From a virus, in the IMG/VR virus record IMGVR_UViG_3300032397_000003, positions 32,001 to 96,000 of that record: 64,000 bases of DNA; one strand, 5' to 3'. Shown piece after piece: positions 1 through 11,015 of this stretch. Positions within the stretch are counted from its first letter, which is position 1. Each line of letters begins with the position of its first letter. Position numbers and translations under genes: made by a program. Under the pieces are notes generated by a model that saw nothing but the letters and a program-made list of their open reading frames with translations, ran no database searches and had not been told where the DNA came from.

Positions 1-152
1 TCTTGAGTTTCCCCCATTACATCCGCTACTGTTTTTGTAATTCTTAAAATCTTACATTCAGTACCAAGTAATGTTTTAATATTAAAATCATTTAATTTTC
101 TTAAAACCGGACTGAGTTTCTCACTCAGAGAATCCACAATAGAATATGCCAT
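1..152 (-). CDS. Partial ORF running off the window start (MAYSIVDSLSEKLSPVLRK...), probable virion-operon protein
   Basis: ATG at 152-150, open to the window edge, directly downstream of ORF 155-436. Confidence 0.55.
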   Translation of the reverse strand, partial: MAYSIVDSLSEKLSPVLRKLNDFNIKTLLGTECKILRITKTVADVMGETQ

Positions 153-154
153 CT

Positions 155-436
155 TTATATCCTATTTATTAAGGCTAGGTGTAAACTATTTTTAAAATCT
201 TTTTTTACTATATCATTAGCCGATCCTTGACCGAAATTATCAATAACATCCAAAATATTATACTGCTTCAATGGGCCTAATTTAATAGTTCTAACTTTTT
301 TAGCCCACTTAGCATTATCCTTATCTGAGTTTATTTTCATAAACTCTTCAAATATATCATTTATTATTTTAGCATTAACATCTGATTTAGGATCCACTAC
401 TGTCATTACTTCTTTATATCTTTGATATCTTTTCAT
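155..436 (-). CDS. Hypothetical protein with MKRY-type N-terminal leader
   Basis: Starts MKRYQRYKE; overlaps stop of upstream gene. Confidence 0.7.
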   Translation of the reverse strand: MKRYQRYKEVMTVVDPKSDVNAKIINDIFEEFMKINSDKDNAKWAKKVRTIKLGPLKQYNILDVIDNFGQGSANDIVKKDFKNSLHLALINRI

Positions 437-1482
437 TATGCCCCCGTTGTAAAAGTTAAACTATAATCATCTTCTAAATTTATTCCATCACAGGATTTAG
501 CTGAAGTATTTATTAGTATATTATATTCAGTTAAAGATGTTAAATTACTTCTAGGATTTATAGTAAGAATTTTTGAAGCTATATCAAAACTCATATCTGC
601 ATCAATATAAGGAACCATATCTAAATTACTATAAACACTATCTTCGTTCATAGCAACATTAAAAGTTAAAACTATATTTGTGCTTCTTGCAACACCTGTA
701 GCATTATTTACAATATTAGAAGTAATAGTTGGTATAGAAGGGGAATGTGCAGTATCCAATAAAATATTCTGTTCTAGATTTTTTTGATTTTCTAGTTGTG
801 ATAAACGGAGTATTATGTCATCCACGTGATATACAATCTTAGGAATATTTATACCCCCAGTGGTATCTTGAGTGGGACTATTTTGCATATTAAGAACTAT
901 ATATGAGCACTTGACGTCAACAGTATGGGTAACCGGGTAGAGTTTTCCAACTGCAAACTGAGATTCTATATCGAAGGCTAGCTGTCCTCTTTCTGTTGTA
1001 TAATTTAAATCTATAACCATAGAACATAATACACCATTTAAAGTAACTGGCACATCTAGTCTTGTTAAACAAGATTCGTCTGCCGCAAATAGAGTCATTC
1101 CCCTCCAGAAGTCATATGGAGTAGTAAAGAAGGTTGTTAGTGGTATCGTAAGTAGCATAGGAATAAAGGAAACATAAGCACCAACTAATTCACTATAGAA
1201 ATTACCATTTACTTGATAGTGGCTACGATAATCGAGCGGGGCGTCGTCCGAAATATTGTACGCTGTGAACGGAAACTTTCCATTACTTGTTTTAAAGGCA
1301 TCTATTGATCTTCTGATAGAATTAGCATCATCAGAAGTATCGGCTAGAATTATTCTTTTTCTAGCCTCTACCGGGGTTTCATTAGGATATACCATTTGAG
1401 AAAAATATAATATAACCCTCTCTAATACAGCTTGAACTGCATAAGGATAGTTTACCGAAGAGGAATAATAACGTTCTGACAT
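436..1482 (-). CDS. Putative virion (neck/tail completion-like) protein with C-terminal Ig-like Big_5/SbsA domain
   Basis: C-terminal NNATGVARSTNIVLTFNVAMN...LTINP...L...TEY...FTT is the Big_5 pattern; the structural role is inferred from context. Confidence 0.6.
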   Translation of the reverse strand: MSERYYSSSVNYPYAVQAVLERVILYFSQMVYPNETPVEARKRIILADTSDDANSIRRSIDAFKTSNGKFPFTAYNISDDAPLDYRSHYQVNGNFYSELVGAYVSFIPMLLTIPLTTFFTTPYDFWRGMTLFAADESCLTRLDVPVTLNGVLCSMVIDLNYTTERGQLAFDIESQFAVGKLYPVTHTVDVKCSYIVLNMQNSPTQDTTGGINIPKIVYHVDDIILRLSQLENQKNLEQNILLDTAHSPSIPTITSNIVNNATGVARSTNIVLTFNVAMNEDSVYSNLDMVPYIDADMSFDIASKILTINPRSNLTSLTEYNILINTSAKSCDGINLEDDYSLTFTTGA

Positions 1483-2193
1483 TTATACTAACCTCAAATC
1501 ATATCTAACAGGATCATTTATATATTGTACAATATATTTCCTAAATTTTAAAAAAGCATTCCTATTATGCTTATTCATTTCATTTATATAAAAAGTAATA
1601 TGTAATGATTGACTTCTTGCAAAATTGCCTGATTTTAACATTTCCATAATATTATTATTACTATATCCTGAATATCTTAAACTTTCTATATACATATAAG
1701 CATAAGCCATAATCTCTTGTGGATTTTTCATATATTCAATATCTATATCATTATCTATTGATGAGCCTTCAAAATTATAAAAATTTATTTTATCTCCAGC
1801 TCTAACATAATATTGTCCACGATGAACTAATTCATGTGATAGTAGTATAATTAATTCTTTTTCAAATTGATTAAAAACATCAAGATTATCTTTAGATGTA
1901 TAAAAATAAAAATCATCTGTTAGATAGATAATTATATTATCTTTATTTATAACTCCTTCCACTACTCCTTTATTTACTTTCATTGAATCTATAATAACAA
2001 ACTGTATTTTATAGGTATAAAACTTTTCATTAAATAACTGAAGTGCATCACCTTTAAAAAAAATTAAAGTCCTTTTTAATTGCTTTAATTCATCTTTTAA
2101 AATATCTAAATATTTATCTACATGAACAACTGCTTCATTAAATCTTCCTAGTTGATGATAATAAGGATCAAATTTTCTTTTATACCTTTTCAT
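1483..2193 (-). CDS. HEXXH zincin-like protein with MKRYKR leader
   Basis: LSHELVH plus downstream NPQEIMAYA glutamate motif. Confidence 0.6.
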   Translation of the reverse strand: MKRYKRKFDPYYHQLGRFNEAVVHVDKYLDILKDELKQLKRTLIFFKGDALQLFNEKFYTYKIQFVIIDSMKVNKGVVEGVINKDNIIIYLTDDFYFYTSKDNLDVFNQFEKELIILLSHELVHRGQYYVRAGDKINFYNFEGSSIDNDIDIEYMKNPQEIMAYAYMYIESLRYSGYSNNNIMEMLKSGNFARSQSLHITFYINEMNKHNRNAFLKFRKYIVQYINDPVRYDLRLV

Positions 2194-2571
2194 TTATACT
2201 GCATCCTGTTGTTTTTGATTCTTCTCATTCTCGTCTTCGTCATCTAATCCAATTGTAACTGGTTTAGCTTTAGGACCATCTTCTGGTTTTTGTGAAGAGG
2301 CAAATCCCGTACTGAGGATATCTTCATTTATAAGCTCCTCATCAAGAAGTGAATCTAAGAATTCTTGAAAATTAGCCTCTTTACTTTCTATAAATTTTTC
2401 AGCACAAAGTTTATTGTTTTCACAAAGTATATCAAACATCATTTCTTTTATGAAATCTAAATTTGATTCTTGTCCTAGAAACTTTGCCTCTCTCTTACAA
2501 TCTAAATATGTTTTATTTATTAGGGAGGCTTTACATCCCCATTCATATAAACAATGTGCTAATAAATTCAT
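2194..2571 (-). CDS. Hypothetical protein with acidic tail
   Basis: ORF track; tightly packed operon. Confidence 0.6.
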   Translation of the reverse strand: MNLLAHCLYEWGCKASLINKTYLDCKREAKFLGQESNLDFIKEMMFDILCENNKLCAEKFIESKEANFQEFLDSLLDEELINEDILSTGFASSQKPEDGPKAKPVTIGLDDEDENEKNQKQQDAV

Positions 2572-2579
2572 GTTATCAC

Positions 2580-3068
2580 CTATCTTTTAAGGATATCGAA
2601 TAAACTTTTCCTTGTAGAATCCTGTTCAACCTTTATTTCATCTTGAATCACTTCATCTTGAATAACTTCTTTTTCAACTTCAGGTTCTTTGGTAGATTCT
2701 ACTCCTGATTGTTTTTCTAATATCTCTTTCACTAAAAAAGCATTACTTCTATTAGTTGTAATTATTGCATAATCTCTACATATCTCACATATCTCCACTC
2801 TACTCATAATAAATAATTGAGCTTTAGTATATATAGGCATATTATCTATATTAGGAACTGATTTATAAAGCACTTCATTAGAATCGTAATTCTTTCTTTC
2901 ATAATCAACTAATCCGGATTTATTAGCATCTGTTTTTATAAAAGGAACAAGCTTCTCTGCTACATTAGGATAGGATATCCAATCCTTTGTTAAATTTATA
3001 CCTGCTATCTGCATTGTATATTCTTTTACTGAATCTGTTAATCTATACTGGTGTACTATTCTAGCCAT
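2580..3068 (-). CDS. Hypothetical protein, first gene of the minus-strand operon
   Basis: AAGGAG RBS and TACTAAT motif (3096-3102) upstream. Confidence 0.65.
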   Translation of the reverse strand: MARIVHQYRLTDSVKEYTMQIAGINLTKDWISYPNVAEKLVPFIKTDANKSGLVDYERKNYDSNEVLYKSVPNIDNMPIYTKAQLFIMSRVEICEICRDYAIITTNRSNAFLVKEILEKQSGVESTKEPEVEKEVIQDEVIQDEIKVEQDSTRKSLFDILKR

Positions 3069-3123
3069 GTGATACTCCTTTACTTTTCATTTTTTATTAG
3101 TAAGAAAACTTTTAATTATTGTT

Positions 3124-4161
3124 TTATTGAATAAAACATTCTGTTATACTCCATACATCATGCCCTTCCTCATCATCTATATCAATAGAATCACCTTCAT
3201 TATACTTTAAAGGTATAGAATCTTTAAAATATAATATTAAGCCAGCCTCATGTTCTTTACATCTAATTAAATTTTTAATTCTTTGCTTTAAAATATTATC
3301 TACAAAAATAAATATTCTTCTATCATAATCTTCATCCCATTCTATAATAGTACCTTTATATACAGAATAACCAAATTTATATACAGTATCCTTAGTTCTA
3401 TCCAAATATATTTTATAAGAAATATTTTTATAATAAATTTGATTAGATTGATAAGGATTATTATTAACAATAATTAAGTAAGAATTTACATCATAATCCC
3501 AAATCCATTTAAAATCTTCTTTAGTGTTTTCCTTAGTTTTATACTTATCCCTAAGAAATACTATATAACTATATTGTTTATCTGATTTAACTTGATTAGT
3601 TAAAATATCATTTATATCATTTATTTTTGGTTCTTTAACTTCTTTTTTTATATCATTAATTATATCAAATCCTTTTGTAATAGTTTTATAATCCACTAAA
3701 CTATTTTTATATAATAAATTCTTTTTATCTACTTCACTTCTATTTATATCTATGGTGGGACAATTAGGAAAAAGAAAATATTCACTATCTTTATATGAGT
3801 AAACCTCTGTTATTTTCCAACTATCTTTTTGAACAGATATATATTGATCTACTGTATATTTAGAGGGTATATTATCTTTAAATAATATCCTTATTTCACC
3901 TTTATTTTGAAAAATACAATATACATTAAAATGTATGGAACTGCTTAAAGAATTTGAGCATGCTAGTAACCTAGTATCGTAATCTTTATCCCATATAACA
4001 ATAATATTTCTATATCTATTAAAAGAAAATCCATAAGGATAATTATCATCAGATAATACTTCTACCTTCTCTTTCTTATAAATAACATAATTATCTTGTA
4101 TTTGATCTTGAGATTTTTCCTTCCAATTTTTAACCAATTGGTTATATTTTTCAATATTCAT
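3124..4161 (-). CDS. Hypothetical protein with internal domain duplication
   Basis: WDKDYDTR...FKDNIPSKY...DSWKITE recurs as WDEDYDRR...FKDSIPLKY...DVWSITE. Confidence 0.7.
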   Translation of the reverse strand: MNIEKYNQLVKNWKEKSQDQIQDNYVIYKKEKVEVLSDDNYPYGFSFNRYRNIIVIWDKDYDTRLLACSNSLSSSIHFNVYCIFQNKGEIRILFKDNIPSKYTVDQYISVQKDSWKITEVYSYKDSEYFLFPNCPTIDINRSEVDKKNLLYKNSLVDYKTITKGFDIINDIKKEVKEPKINDINDILTNQVKSDKQYSYIVFLRDKYKTKENTKEDFKWIWDYDVNSYLIIVNNNPYQSNQIYYKNISYKIYLDRTKDTVYKFGYSVYKGTIIEWDEDYDRRIFIFVDNILKQRIKNLIRCKEHEAGLILYFKDSIPLKYNEGDSIDIDDEEGHDVWSITECFIQ

Positions 4162-4260
4162 TTTTCCTCTCCTTTTGTTATAGTTATTTTATCTCTTCCT
4201 ATTTGGAAAATTTTATTTTTTTTAAAACTGTAATTTTTATGGTATTTTTTAGTAATTACT

Positions 4261-6126
4261 TTACCCAACATCAGTCATATATACCTCATCTATCCGTAAT
4301 TCATCGATATAATCATAAATTCTATTTAAAAATATCTGATATAATAAGTAATTGTTTTTTGTTATAGTATTCTTAATTAAATTAAGTAAGGTATTTAATA
4401 TAAAATAAGATACTTTATTCATAGATACAAGAATAGTATTATTTATATTCATAGTAAGATAAAATAATCTACAAGAATTATTTTGAGGTAATACTGAACT
4501 ATATTTCCATCCTCTATCACAATATATAAATTGTTTAAATACACTACTATATTTAAGAATATTATTTATAATACCAAATACATCTCTTTCTTTTAATTCA
4601 GGGTAATGGTCTTTAAGTCTATCTGCATATTTAATTGAATATTGCATACCTTTTAAATATTTTAAAGATTTCCCTTCATAAACTTCTTTTGGATTTATAC
4701 AATTATAATACATACTTCCTAACATTTCAAGAAATATAATAGATATATCTTTTTTATTTCTATCTGATATTTTTAAACCACTCTTAGAAATTATAGTATT
4801 TAATATTTGATTGTTTAAAACAGTTTCTTTTATGTTATTTGGAATAAGATATATATTAGATATAAATGCTATTTCCTTATACTCATTAGAATATCCATTA
4901 GGTATTTGTCTACATGTATTATACATATCGGTAACTATTGATAGTAATTCCGAGTCACTCCAATTAGCTAAATCTCTAGATCCATTTTTACAAACTTTTA
5001 TAGCGTTGAAAATTTCAAAAATAGACCATCCACTAAATTTTCCTGCTGATATAATATCACACATACCTTCATGTCTATACTCTGCTGTTAAGTCTATAAT
5101 TTTAGATTCATTCTTTAAATGTAGAGTTCTATCATTTAAAAATTGATTGTAATCAGTTCTTCTAGCAGAACCTTTACTTTTTCTTTTATATAAAGAACTG
5201 GCTATATTTTTTTTACCACCCTCTTTAATTATTGAAAGGTTTATAATATTATTTATTTCGGGGGGTGATTCTAATTTTGGAATTGATATAGAAGTTCTAT
5301 TCCTTCTAGCATAATCCCTTGCTTCGGTGGGAGTTAAAATTTCACCTGTTTCAGATATAGTTTCATATTGATAGGAATGAGGAAATCTCATTCTTACTGG
5401 TAATTCAAACTTTGTATTATTTTCTTTATTAAAATTATTCAACCAAGATTTTTTTTCTTCCCATGTATATATAGAATCTAATTTTATATATATATGATGT
5501 CCTCCTTCCGGACACACTTCTTCAAGAACAGGTTTACAATTATAATTTTTTAAGTAGTTCTTTAACTTAGTTACTACCTCATCTGTTTTTACAATATTTC
5601 CATCATGACAATCTATATCTAATACAAGCATATTAGAATTTTCTTTAATAGAGGAGCCAACTGTATTAGAGGCTTGTTTTAATGTTTTAACATATTCAGG
5701 AGAGGCAATATTATTTTTAACTCTAGGATTTTTTGTTTCTAAAGGATAGACATGAGAAAGAATATGGTCTTTAATCTCACACATTTTTCTTACTCTAAAT
5801 GATTTCTTTAAATATATATCATAAACATTTGTTTCATACCATCCAGCAGTAGTAGTAATCCAATTAAAAATTTTTAGGGGTTTAGTGGTTAAAGGATTAT
5901 TTTCTGATCCTATTGCTTTAAGATTTACATAACTTAAGATATATTCTTTTTCTAAATCATAACCTAAAAATTCAAAATGATCATAAAGATCATTTATTTC
6001 TTTTTGTTTAAAATGTTTATTCTTTAGTTTCCTTTTAAATTCATTATCTTTTATTTTATTGGATAAAAATTGATTAGGTCTTTTTTCATTAGTTTCTAAT
6101 GTTAAAGTTGAAAAGTCTTTTATCAT
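4261..6126 (-). CDS. AEP-family primase-polymerase / Rep-like protein
   Basis: LVLDIDCH (motif I DxD), GGHHIYI (motif II), downstream RMRFP. Confidence 0.7.
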   Translation of the reverse strand: MIKDFSTLTLETNEKRPNQFLSNKIKDNEFKRKLKNKHFKQKEINDLYDHFEFLGYDLEKEYILSYVNLKAIGSENNPLTTKPLKIFNWITTTAGWYETNVYDIYLKKSFRVRKMCEIKDHILSHVYPLETKNPRVKNNIASPEYVKTLKQASNTVGSSIKENSNMLVLDIDCHDGNIVKTDEVVTKLKNYLKNYNCKPVLEEVCPEGGHHIYIKLDSIYTWEEKKSWLNNFNKENNTKFELPVRMRFPHSYQYETISETGEILTPTEARDYARRNRTSISIPKLESPPEINNIINLSIIKEGGKKNIASSLYKRKSKGSARRTDYNQFLNDRTLHLKNESKIIDLTAEYRHEGMCDIISAGKFSGWSIFEIFNAIKVCKNGSRDLANWSDSELLSIVTDMYNTCRQIPNGYSNEYKEIAFISNIYLIPNNIKETVLNNQILNTIISKSGLKISDRNKKDISIIFLEMLGSMYYNCINPKEVYEGKSLKYLKGMQYSIKYADRLKDHYPELKERDVFGIINNILKYSSVFKQFIYCDRGWKYSSVLPQNNSCRLFYLTMNINNTILVSMNKVSYFILNTLLNLIKNTITKNNYLLYQIFLNRIYDYIDELRIDEVYMTDVG

Positions 6127-6127
6127 A

Positions 6128-6472
6128 TTATTTTACACCACTAAAACAGTATAGAGCTTTTTTAAGTTTTAAGGTAATAGATTCTTTTACATCAGTTGGA
6201 CCTTGTACTAGGATGGTTCCTGTTTTATAGAAGTTAATATTTCCTTTTCTAAATACCAATTGAGTGAATTTATTATCCTCACTTATTCTCCATGTACCTA
6301 TTAACTTTTGTTCTAATATAAAAGGTTTTAAATCATCTATGTTTCCATAAAATAATAACTCTTGATCTTCTAAAGAGGGAGTTGGTATTCCTTCAAGCTC
6401 TAAAATTAAATCTGCGATTTCATTAAGATTCATTTTAGAAATTTTTAATATTATTTCTGTTTTTCTGTCCAT
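6128..6472 (-). CDS. Small protein with TBP-like (RNase HIII N-terminal/DUF3378-like) C-terminus
   Basis: INFYKTGTILVQG; GGAGG RBS. Confidence 0.45.
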   Translation of the reverse strand: MDRKTEIILKISKMNLNEIADLILELEGIPTPSLEDQELLFYGNIDDLKPFILEQKLIGTWRISEDNKFTQLVFRKGNINFYKTGTILVQGPTDVKESITLKLKKALYCFSGVK

Positions 6473-6474
6473 AA

Positions 6475-6673
6475 GAAAACCCTCCTGTTTTATTCAGAGG
6501 GCTTTCATTAAAAGCTTTATCTAATATAGTCTCATTGTTAAACTCATCAAGTAGCTCTGGAAGGAACTTGTTTTACTACAATGAAACTAAATATTCATTA
6601 AATTAGTAAGACTGTATAAATTATGCTTTCCAGAGCATTTTGCTACATGAATTTACAGAGAAATATTCCTCTG
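6475..6673. ncRNA. Structured intergenic element: RBS-sequestering hairpin plus long nested stem-loop
   Basis: Inverted repeats 6475-6484/6497-6506, 6554-6564/6626-6636, 6570-6578/6604-6612, 6580-6585/6594-6599, 6656-6660/6669-6673. Confidence 0.45.
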
Positions 6674-6716
6674 AGTATTGTTATTATTTATTAGTAAGAA
6701 AATTTTTAATAATATT

Positions 6717-6992
6717 TTAAATTTTTTGTTTTAAATCTTCTATAATTTCTGCTTTTAACATTCCATCTACATTTCTATAAATTTCTATACCTTTTAGAAT
6801 ATAGTATGATATATCTGGATTATTAAAACATAGTTCGATTACATCTTTTTTAGCATAATCATAATTAAGATATATTTTTTTATTTGCTCTCCAATTTTTT
6901 TTAATTGTATCTCCAATATGAATAGTCCAAAATTCTCTAGCCCCTATCTTAGAACTTTTAAGAGCAAGTGGATCACTATGCAATTCCTTCAT
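6717..6992 (-). CDS. Hypothetical protein
   Basis: ORF with RBS and TACTAAT at 7008-7014. Confidence 0.6.
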   Translation of the reverse strand: MKELHSDPLALKSSKIGAREFWTIHIGDTIKKNWRANKKIYLNYDYAKKDVIELCFNNPDISYYILKGIEIYRNVDGMLKAEIIEDLKQKI

Positions 6993-7094
6993 ATAATATC
7001 CTTATTTATTAGTATAGACTATAAAAAGTGAAATGTATTTTTTATGTACATTTCACCTTATTTAATTATTATTTCATAACTTTTTTATAAAAAT

Positions 7095-7427
7095 TTAAAT
7101 TTTTTCCTCTTTTTTATAATTAAATACAAGTTTATCAGCAGGAATAATACCTTTAAGCATTATCATCATCTGATTCTCAGGTAGGTCCTCTCTTTCTGTT
7201 CTTAATACAGATTCTTCTTTATTAAGAATAAATCCAAACAATAGACATAATCTAAAAGCATTGATTTTATCATTTATAGGTAGATTCAATTCAGTAAAGA
7301 AATTATCTAAATCCCGATAATACAAAAAGTTCATGAATTTTTTAGTTTCTTCTTGTATAGCTTGCATCTGTAAATTAGCTTCTTTTTCTGTTGATACTTG
7401 TAGACGATTTCTTTGTTTTCTTTTCAA
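7095..7427 (-). CDS. Hypothetical protein (TTG start)
   Basis: AAGGAG RBS upstream. Confidence 0.6.
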   Translation of the reverse strand: MKRKQRNRLQVSTEKEANLQMQAIQEETKKFMNFLYYRDLDNFFTELNLPINDKINAFRLCLLFGFILNKEESVLRTEREDLPENQMMIMLKGIIPADKLVFNYKKEEKI

Positions 7428-7616
7428 AGTTAAAACTCCTTTATTTAATAATTATCTATTCTATTAGATTATAAATTAGTAATCTATTTAATTTGCCCTT
7501 TGACATTAGTATTGAAATTTGAGAATAAATAGAATACACATTTTCATTTCTAATTGTTTTATATTTGACTATTCTCATTTATTCACTCCTTATCTAAATT
7601 TCTATTCCTTGTAATT

Positions 7617-7686
7617 ATAATATATAGAAATATTTATTAAAATTAAAATTTATTTTTTAATTTATTCATTATTTTCTATATATTAT
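7617..7686. promoter_or_regulatory. Back-to-back divergent class-A promoters (TTTAATT-N11-TTCTATATATTAT) at the strand switch
   Basis: Minus copy 7617-7647, plus copy 7656-7686. Confidence 0.8.
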
Positions 7687-7719
7687 TAGAGAAGGGAAAT
7701 TAAAATAGGAGAAAATAGT

Positions 7720-8895
7720 ATGGAACTATTAGAATTACACCAATATGTAAATAAGTTAAAAGAAGGATCATTTGAAGGTTGGTCAGAAGATGAAAGGCTT
7801 GCATATCTGACAGCTTGTATTTCTATTGAAAGGAAGATTGAAGAATTAACCAAGGAAAGTAGTATTAAATTTTTAAAAGAAATGATAAAAGAGGAGAAAT
7901 AAAATGGATAATTTAGAGGATCGTTTTATAAAAGAAACTGGACAAGATGTATTTATATCAAATTCCTATAATGAAGATTATTATAGTGCTAATTATGTTG
8001 AATGGTTAGAAAATTTAAACGATAACGATACTGATAATGTCTTTATTCAAGAAGTCTATAAAGCACTAGGATGGCAAGGTGGTACTATTCATCAAGTAGT
8101 TAAAGAAATTGAAAGATTAAAGAGTTGTGAAAGTAGTTATAAAGCAATATCAAGATAAGGAGAATTAAAATGAGTGATAAATATTTTAAAGATAAAGCAG
8201 AAGAGTGTTTTAATGAAATTTTAGGTAACTTTAATGATAAAGGTAGTAAATTATATACTTCAGAAATAGAACATATAATTTACATGGCTTTAAAAGAAGT
8301 AGCAAGAGATCAAAGATATGCTTGTATAGAAGAGATAACTATAAATTGTATAAGTAATAATTTACCAGAAAATTTTCAATATCGTAAAGTTAAAGGTTTA
8401 TTACATAATGCTGAAATAAAAGATAAGGAAATTAACACTGTCTCAGAACTTCATAAATGTATTGGTTGTGGTAAAACTGGAGAAGATGTTACATTTGGAC
8501 CTGATCCATATAGTGAGGATGTAAATGGGGATAGTACTACTGTTTGGGAGTGTACTAATTGTAGAAATATAAGTGCTAGTGATATATAAGGAGAAAGTAT
8601 GAAAAGAAATTATTGGCCACTATTTATATTGTTCACAATCATTGGGTCTGTAGCAATATATTATATGCTTAAAAGTCCTGAATTACAAATATTAGGATTT
8701 AATATGTTTTTCTCTTGGTTTTTAGTTAATGCCTTTGGAGGAATATACTTTAGTAGTCTACCTAGAGATGAAAATTCTATTATCTCATATTATTATGTGA
8801 CCAAATGTATTTATTGTGATAGTGTTATTATAGATTCAAATATCTGCACTGGTTGTGGAAGTGAAATTTTTTATGAAGAGAGTTACAAATGTTAA
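7720..8895 (+). CDS. Cluster of four small hypothetical genes (7720-7902, 7904-8158, 8170-8589, 8599-8895); the last two have Cys-rich zinc-finger-like C-termini and the last has TM segments
   Basis: Each has an AGGAG RBS; CxxC pairs. Confidence 0.65.
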
Positions 8896-11015
8896 CAGAA
8901 GAGCAGAAGTTAATAGTACAAAACGATGATCAACATATCCTTTGTGTAGCCAATGCGGGAACTGGAAAGACATTTACGGTAATAGAAAAGTTAGATCACC
9001 TTATAAATAAACAAAATATCCTTCCTGAGAGAATATTACTCACTTCTTTTTCAAGAGTTGCAAGTAATGAACTATATGAGAAAGCTTTAAAGAAAGTAGG
9101 TATACAGAAAGCAGATAAGATTATGATTGGAACACTTCATGCAATTTGTTATAAAGTAGTTTTAGAGAATTTGGATAAATGTAATCTTAAAGCTATAAAT
9201 ATAGTTAATGAAAGTTATCTTTCAGCTATTGCTTTTAATAAACACCCTGATATCTTTAAAGCTAGAAAGGAAGCTGTAAAAGTCACTTCCATGTATAGAA
9301 GAGAGCTATTATTAGGAAAAGAACAAAGACCAGACAGAATGGGATTAGCTGAGTTTAATGCTATTAAAGAAGCTCAAACAATTATGGAAGCGGATAATAA
9401 AATATTGTTTGATGATTTAATGATTAAGACAGTGCAATTATTTAATAAGTATCCTGAGATAAATAAAACATGGACTGATAAGTTTGATATAATAATATGT
9501 GATGAGGTACAGGATACAAATTTAATTCAATGGACTATAATTGATTTACTTAGAACATTTGAAACAAGAACAATGATGGTTGGAGATGCAAAGCAAAACA
9601 TATATGCCTTTAGGGGATGTCAGCATGGATATATGACACAACATAGGACTAGAAATAATTCAAAAGTATTTACTCTATCTGAAACATTTAGATTTGGACA
9701 AAACTTTGCTAATCTTTCAAATAGAATTATTGAGAATTTAGAATTAGATTCTATTTATAAAAAAGAAACAGTTACAAATGTTGATTGTACAAATGAACCT
9801 GAGTTTCATGCTTTATCCACTGAGAGTCAAGTTCAATTTATATTTGAAGATATAGTAAAGAAACAAGCAAGTGGTATATCTTATAAAGATTTTAATATTG
9901 TTTATCGCTACAATAAAGAATCACTTCCTTTTATGAAGAAGTTTATAGAAGAAAGAATTCCTTTTGAAACTAAGTCAGGGGATATATTTGAAAGAGCGGA
10001 ATTAAAATTTGTACTTAGAAGTTATGGACTTCTTGTAGATTTTAGAATATCAGATTGTATAGAACTTTTTGGAATGTTTCCTAATTTTATAGGTGACAAA
10101 ACTTTGACAAAAGTTTATAATGATTGTCCTACAAAAGGTTCAGTAATTGAACTACTAGACTTTGCAGTAAGATTTGATATTGAAGGAGTTGGATTTAAAA
10201 AGAAACAATCATTATCAGAAATGAAAGCAAGATTTAATGCTCTTAATAGATATATACATTCTGAAGTAAAAGATAGACCACAGTTTATTGATATAGCAAA
10301 TATTATGAATATGGATGAGACTAAGTTTATGTTGAAAGAGTCTGAGGAGAATGAAAATCCATCAGAAGATAGATATGCTTTTTTAGATTTTTTTCAAGAA
10401 AATTATAATAAATCAGAATGTAAAAATCCTCTTGATTGGTTTACTGAAGTTTCTTTAAATGGGCACAAAGTAAAAGAAAAGGTTAATGATAAAGTTCAAC
10501 TTAAAACTATTCATGGATGTAAAGGACAGTCATTACCAATTGTTTATCTTGTAGCTAATAGAATTTGTGATCCTATGTTTATCAATAATGAAGAGGATAT
10601 TGAAAATGAAAAGTATGTTCTTTACGTTTCGACATCTAGATCGGAGAAATACTTAGGAATATTTATCTCTAATCCAAAACAATTTAGATTTAATTTTATA
10701 TTTCCAGAAAATTGGGTTAAAAAGTATCTTCAAAATGAAGATGATAAGATTGAAAATGTAAATGGTTTTAATATTGCAGAATCTATTCTAAATACATTAA
10801 AAAATAATTATAAGATTAAGAAAAAAAGTTATAAGTCTGTAATAAATGAAAAATGTATTCCGGTAAGTAATACAGAAAGAGCAATTCAATTTTCACAAAA
10901 AGGTGAAAATATATGGCTTCCGATTAGTTTACTTGGATATGATGATAATAGATTTTTTCTTGAAGATTGGGTTATAACTAAAAATAAATATGGAAAGTAT
11001 GTTGAAAAATACTAA
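8889..11015 (+). CDS. uvrD: UvrD/PcrA SF1 helicase
   Basis: AGTGKT, GTLHA, DEVQD, VGDAKQNIYAFRG, TIHGCKG, YVSTSR. Confidence 0.93.
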   Translation: MLTEEQKLIVQNDDQHILCVANAGTGKTFTVIEKLDHLINKQNILPERILLTSFSRVASNELYEKALKKVGIQKADKIMIGTLHAICYKVVLENLDKCNLKAINIVNESYLSAIAFNKHPDIFKARKEAVKVTSMYRRELLLGKEQRPDRMGLAEFNAIKEAQTIMEADNKILFDDLMIKTVQLFNKYPEINKTWTDKFDIIICDEVQDTNLIQWTIIDLLRTFETRTMMVGDAKQNIYAFRGCQHGYMTQHRTRNNSKVFTLSETFRFGQNFANLSNRIIENLELDSIYKKETVTNVDCTNEPEFHALSTESQVQFIFEDIVKKQASGISYKDFNIVYRYNKESLPFMKKFIEERIPFETKSGDIFERAELKFVLRSYGLLVDFRISDCIELFGMFPNFIGDKTLTKVYNDCPTKGSVIELLDFAVRFDIEGVGFKKKQSLSEMKARFNALNRYIHSEVKDRPQFIDIANIMNMDETKFMLKESEENENPSEDRYAFLDFFQENYNKSECKNPLDWFTEVSLNGHKVKEKVNDKVQLKTIHGCKGQSLPIVYLVANRICDPMFINNEEDIENEKYVLYVSTSRSEKYLGIFISNPKQFRFNFIFPENWVKKYLQNEDDKIENVNGFNIAESILNTLKNNYKIKKKSYKSVINEKCIPVSNTERAIQFSQKGENIWLPISLLGYDDNRFFLEDWVITKNKYGKYVEKY

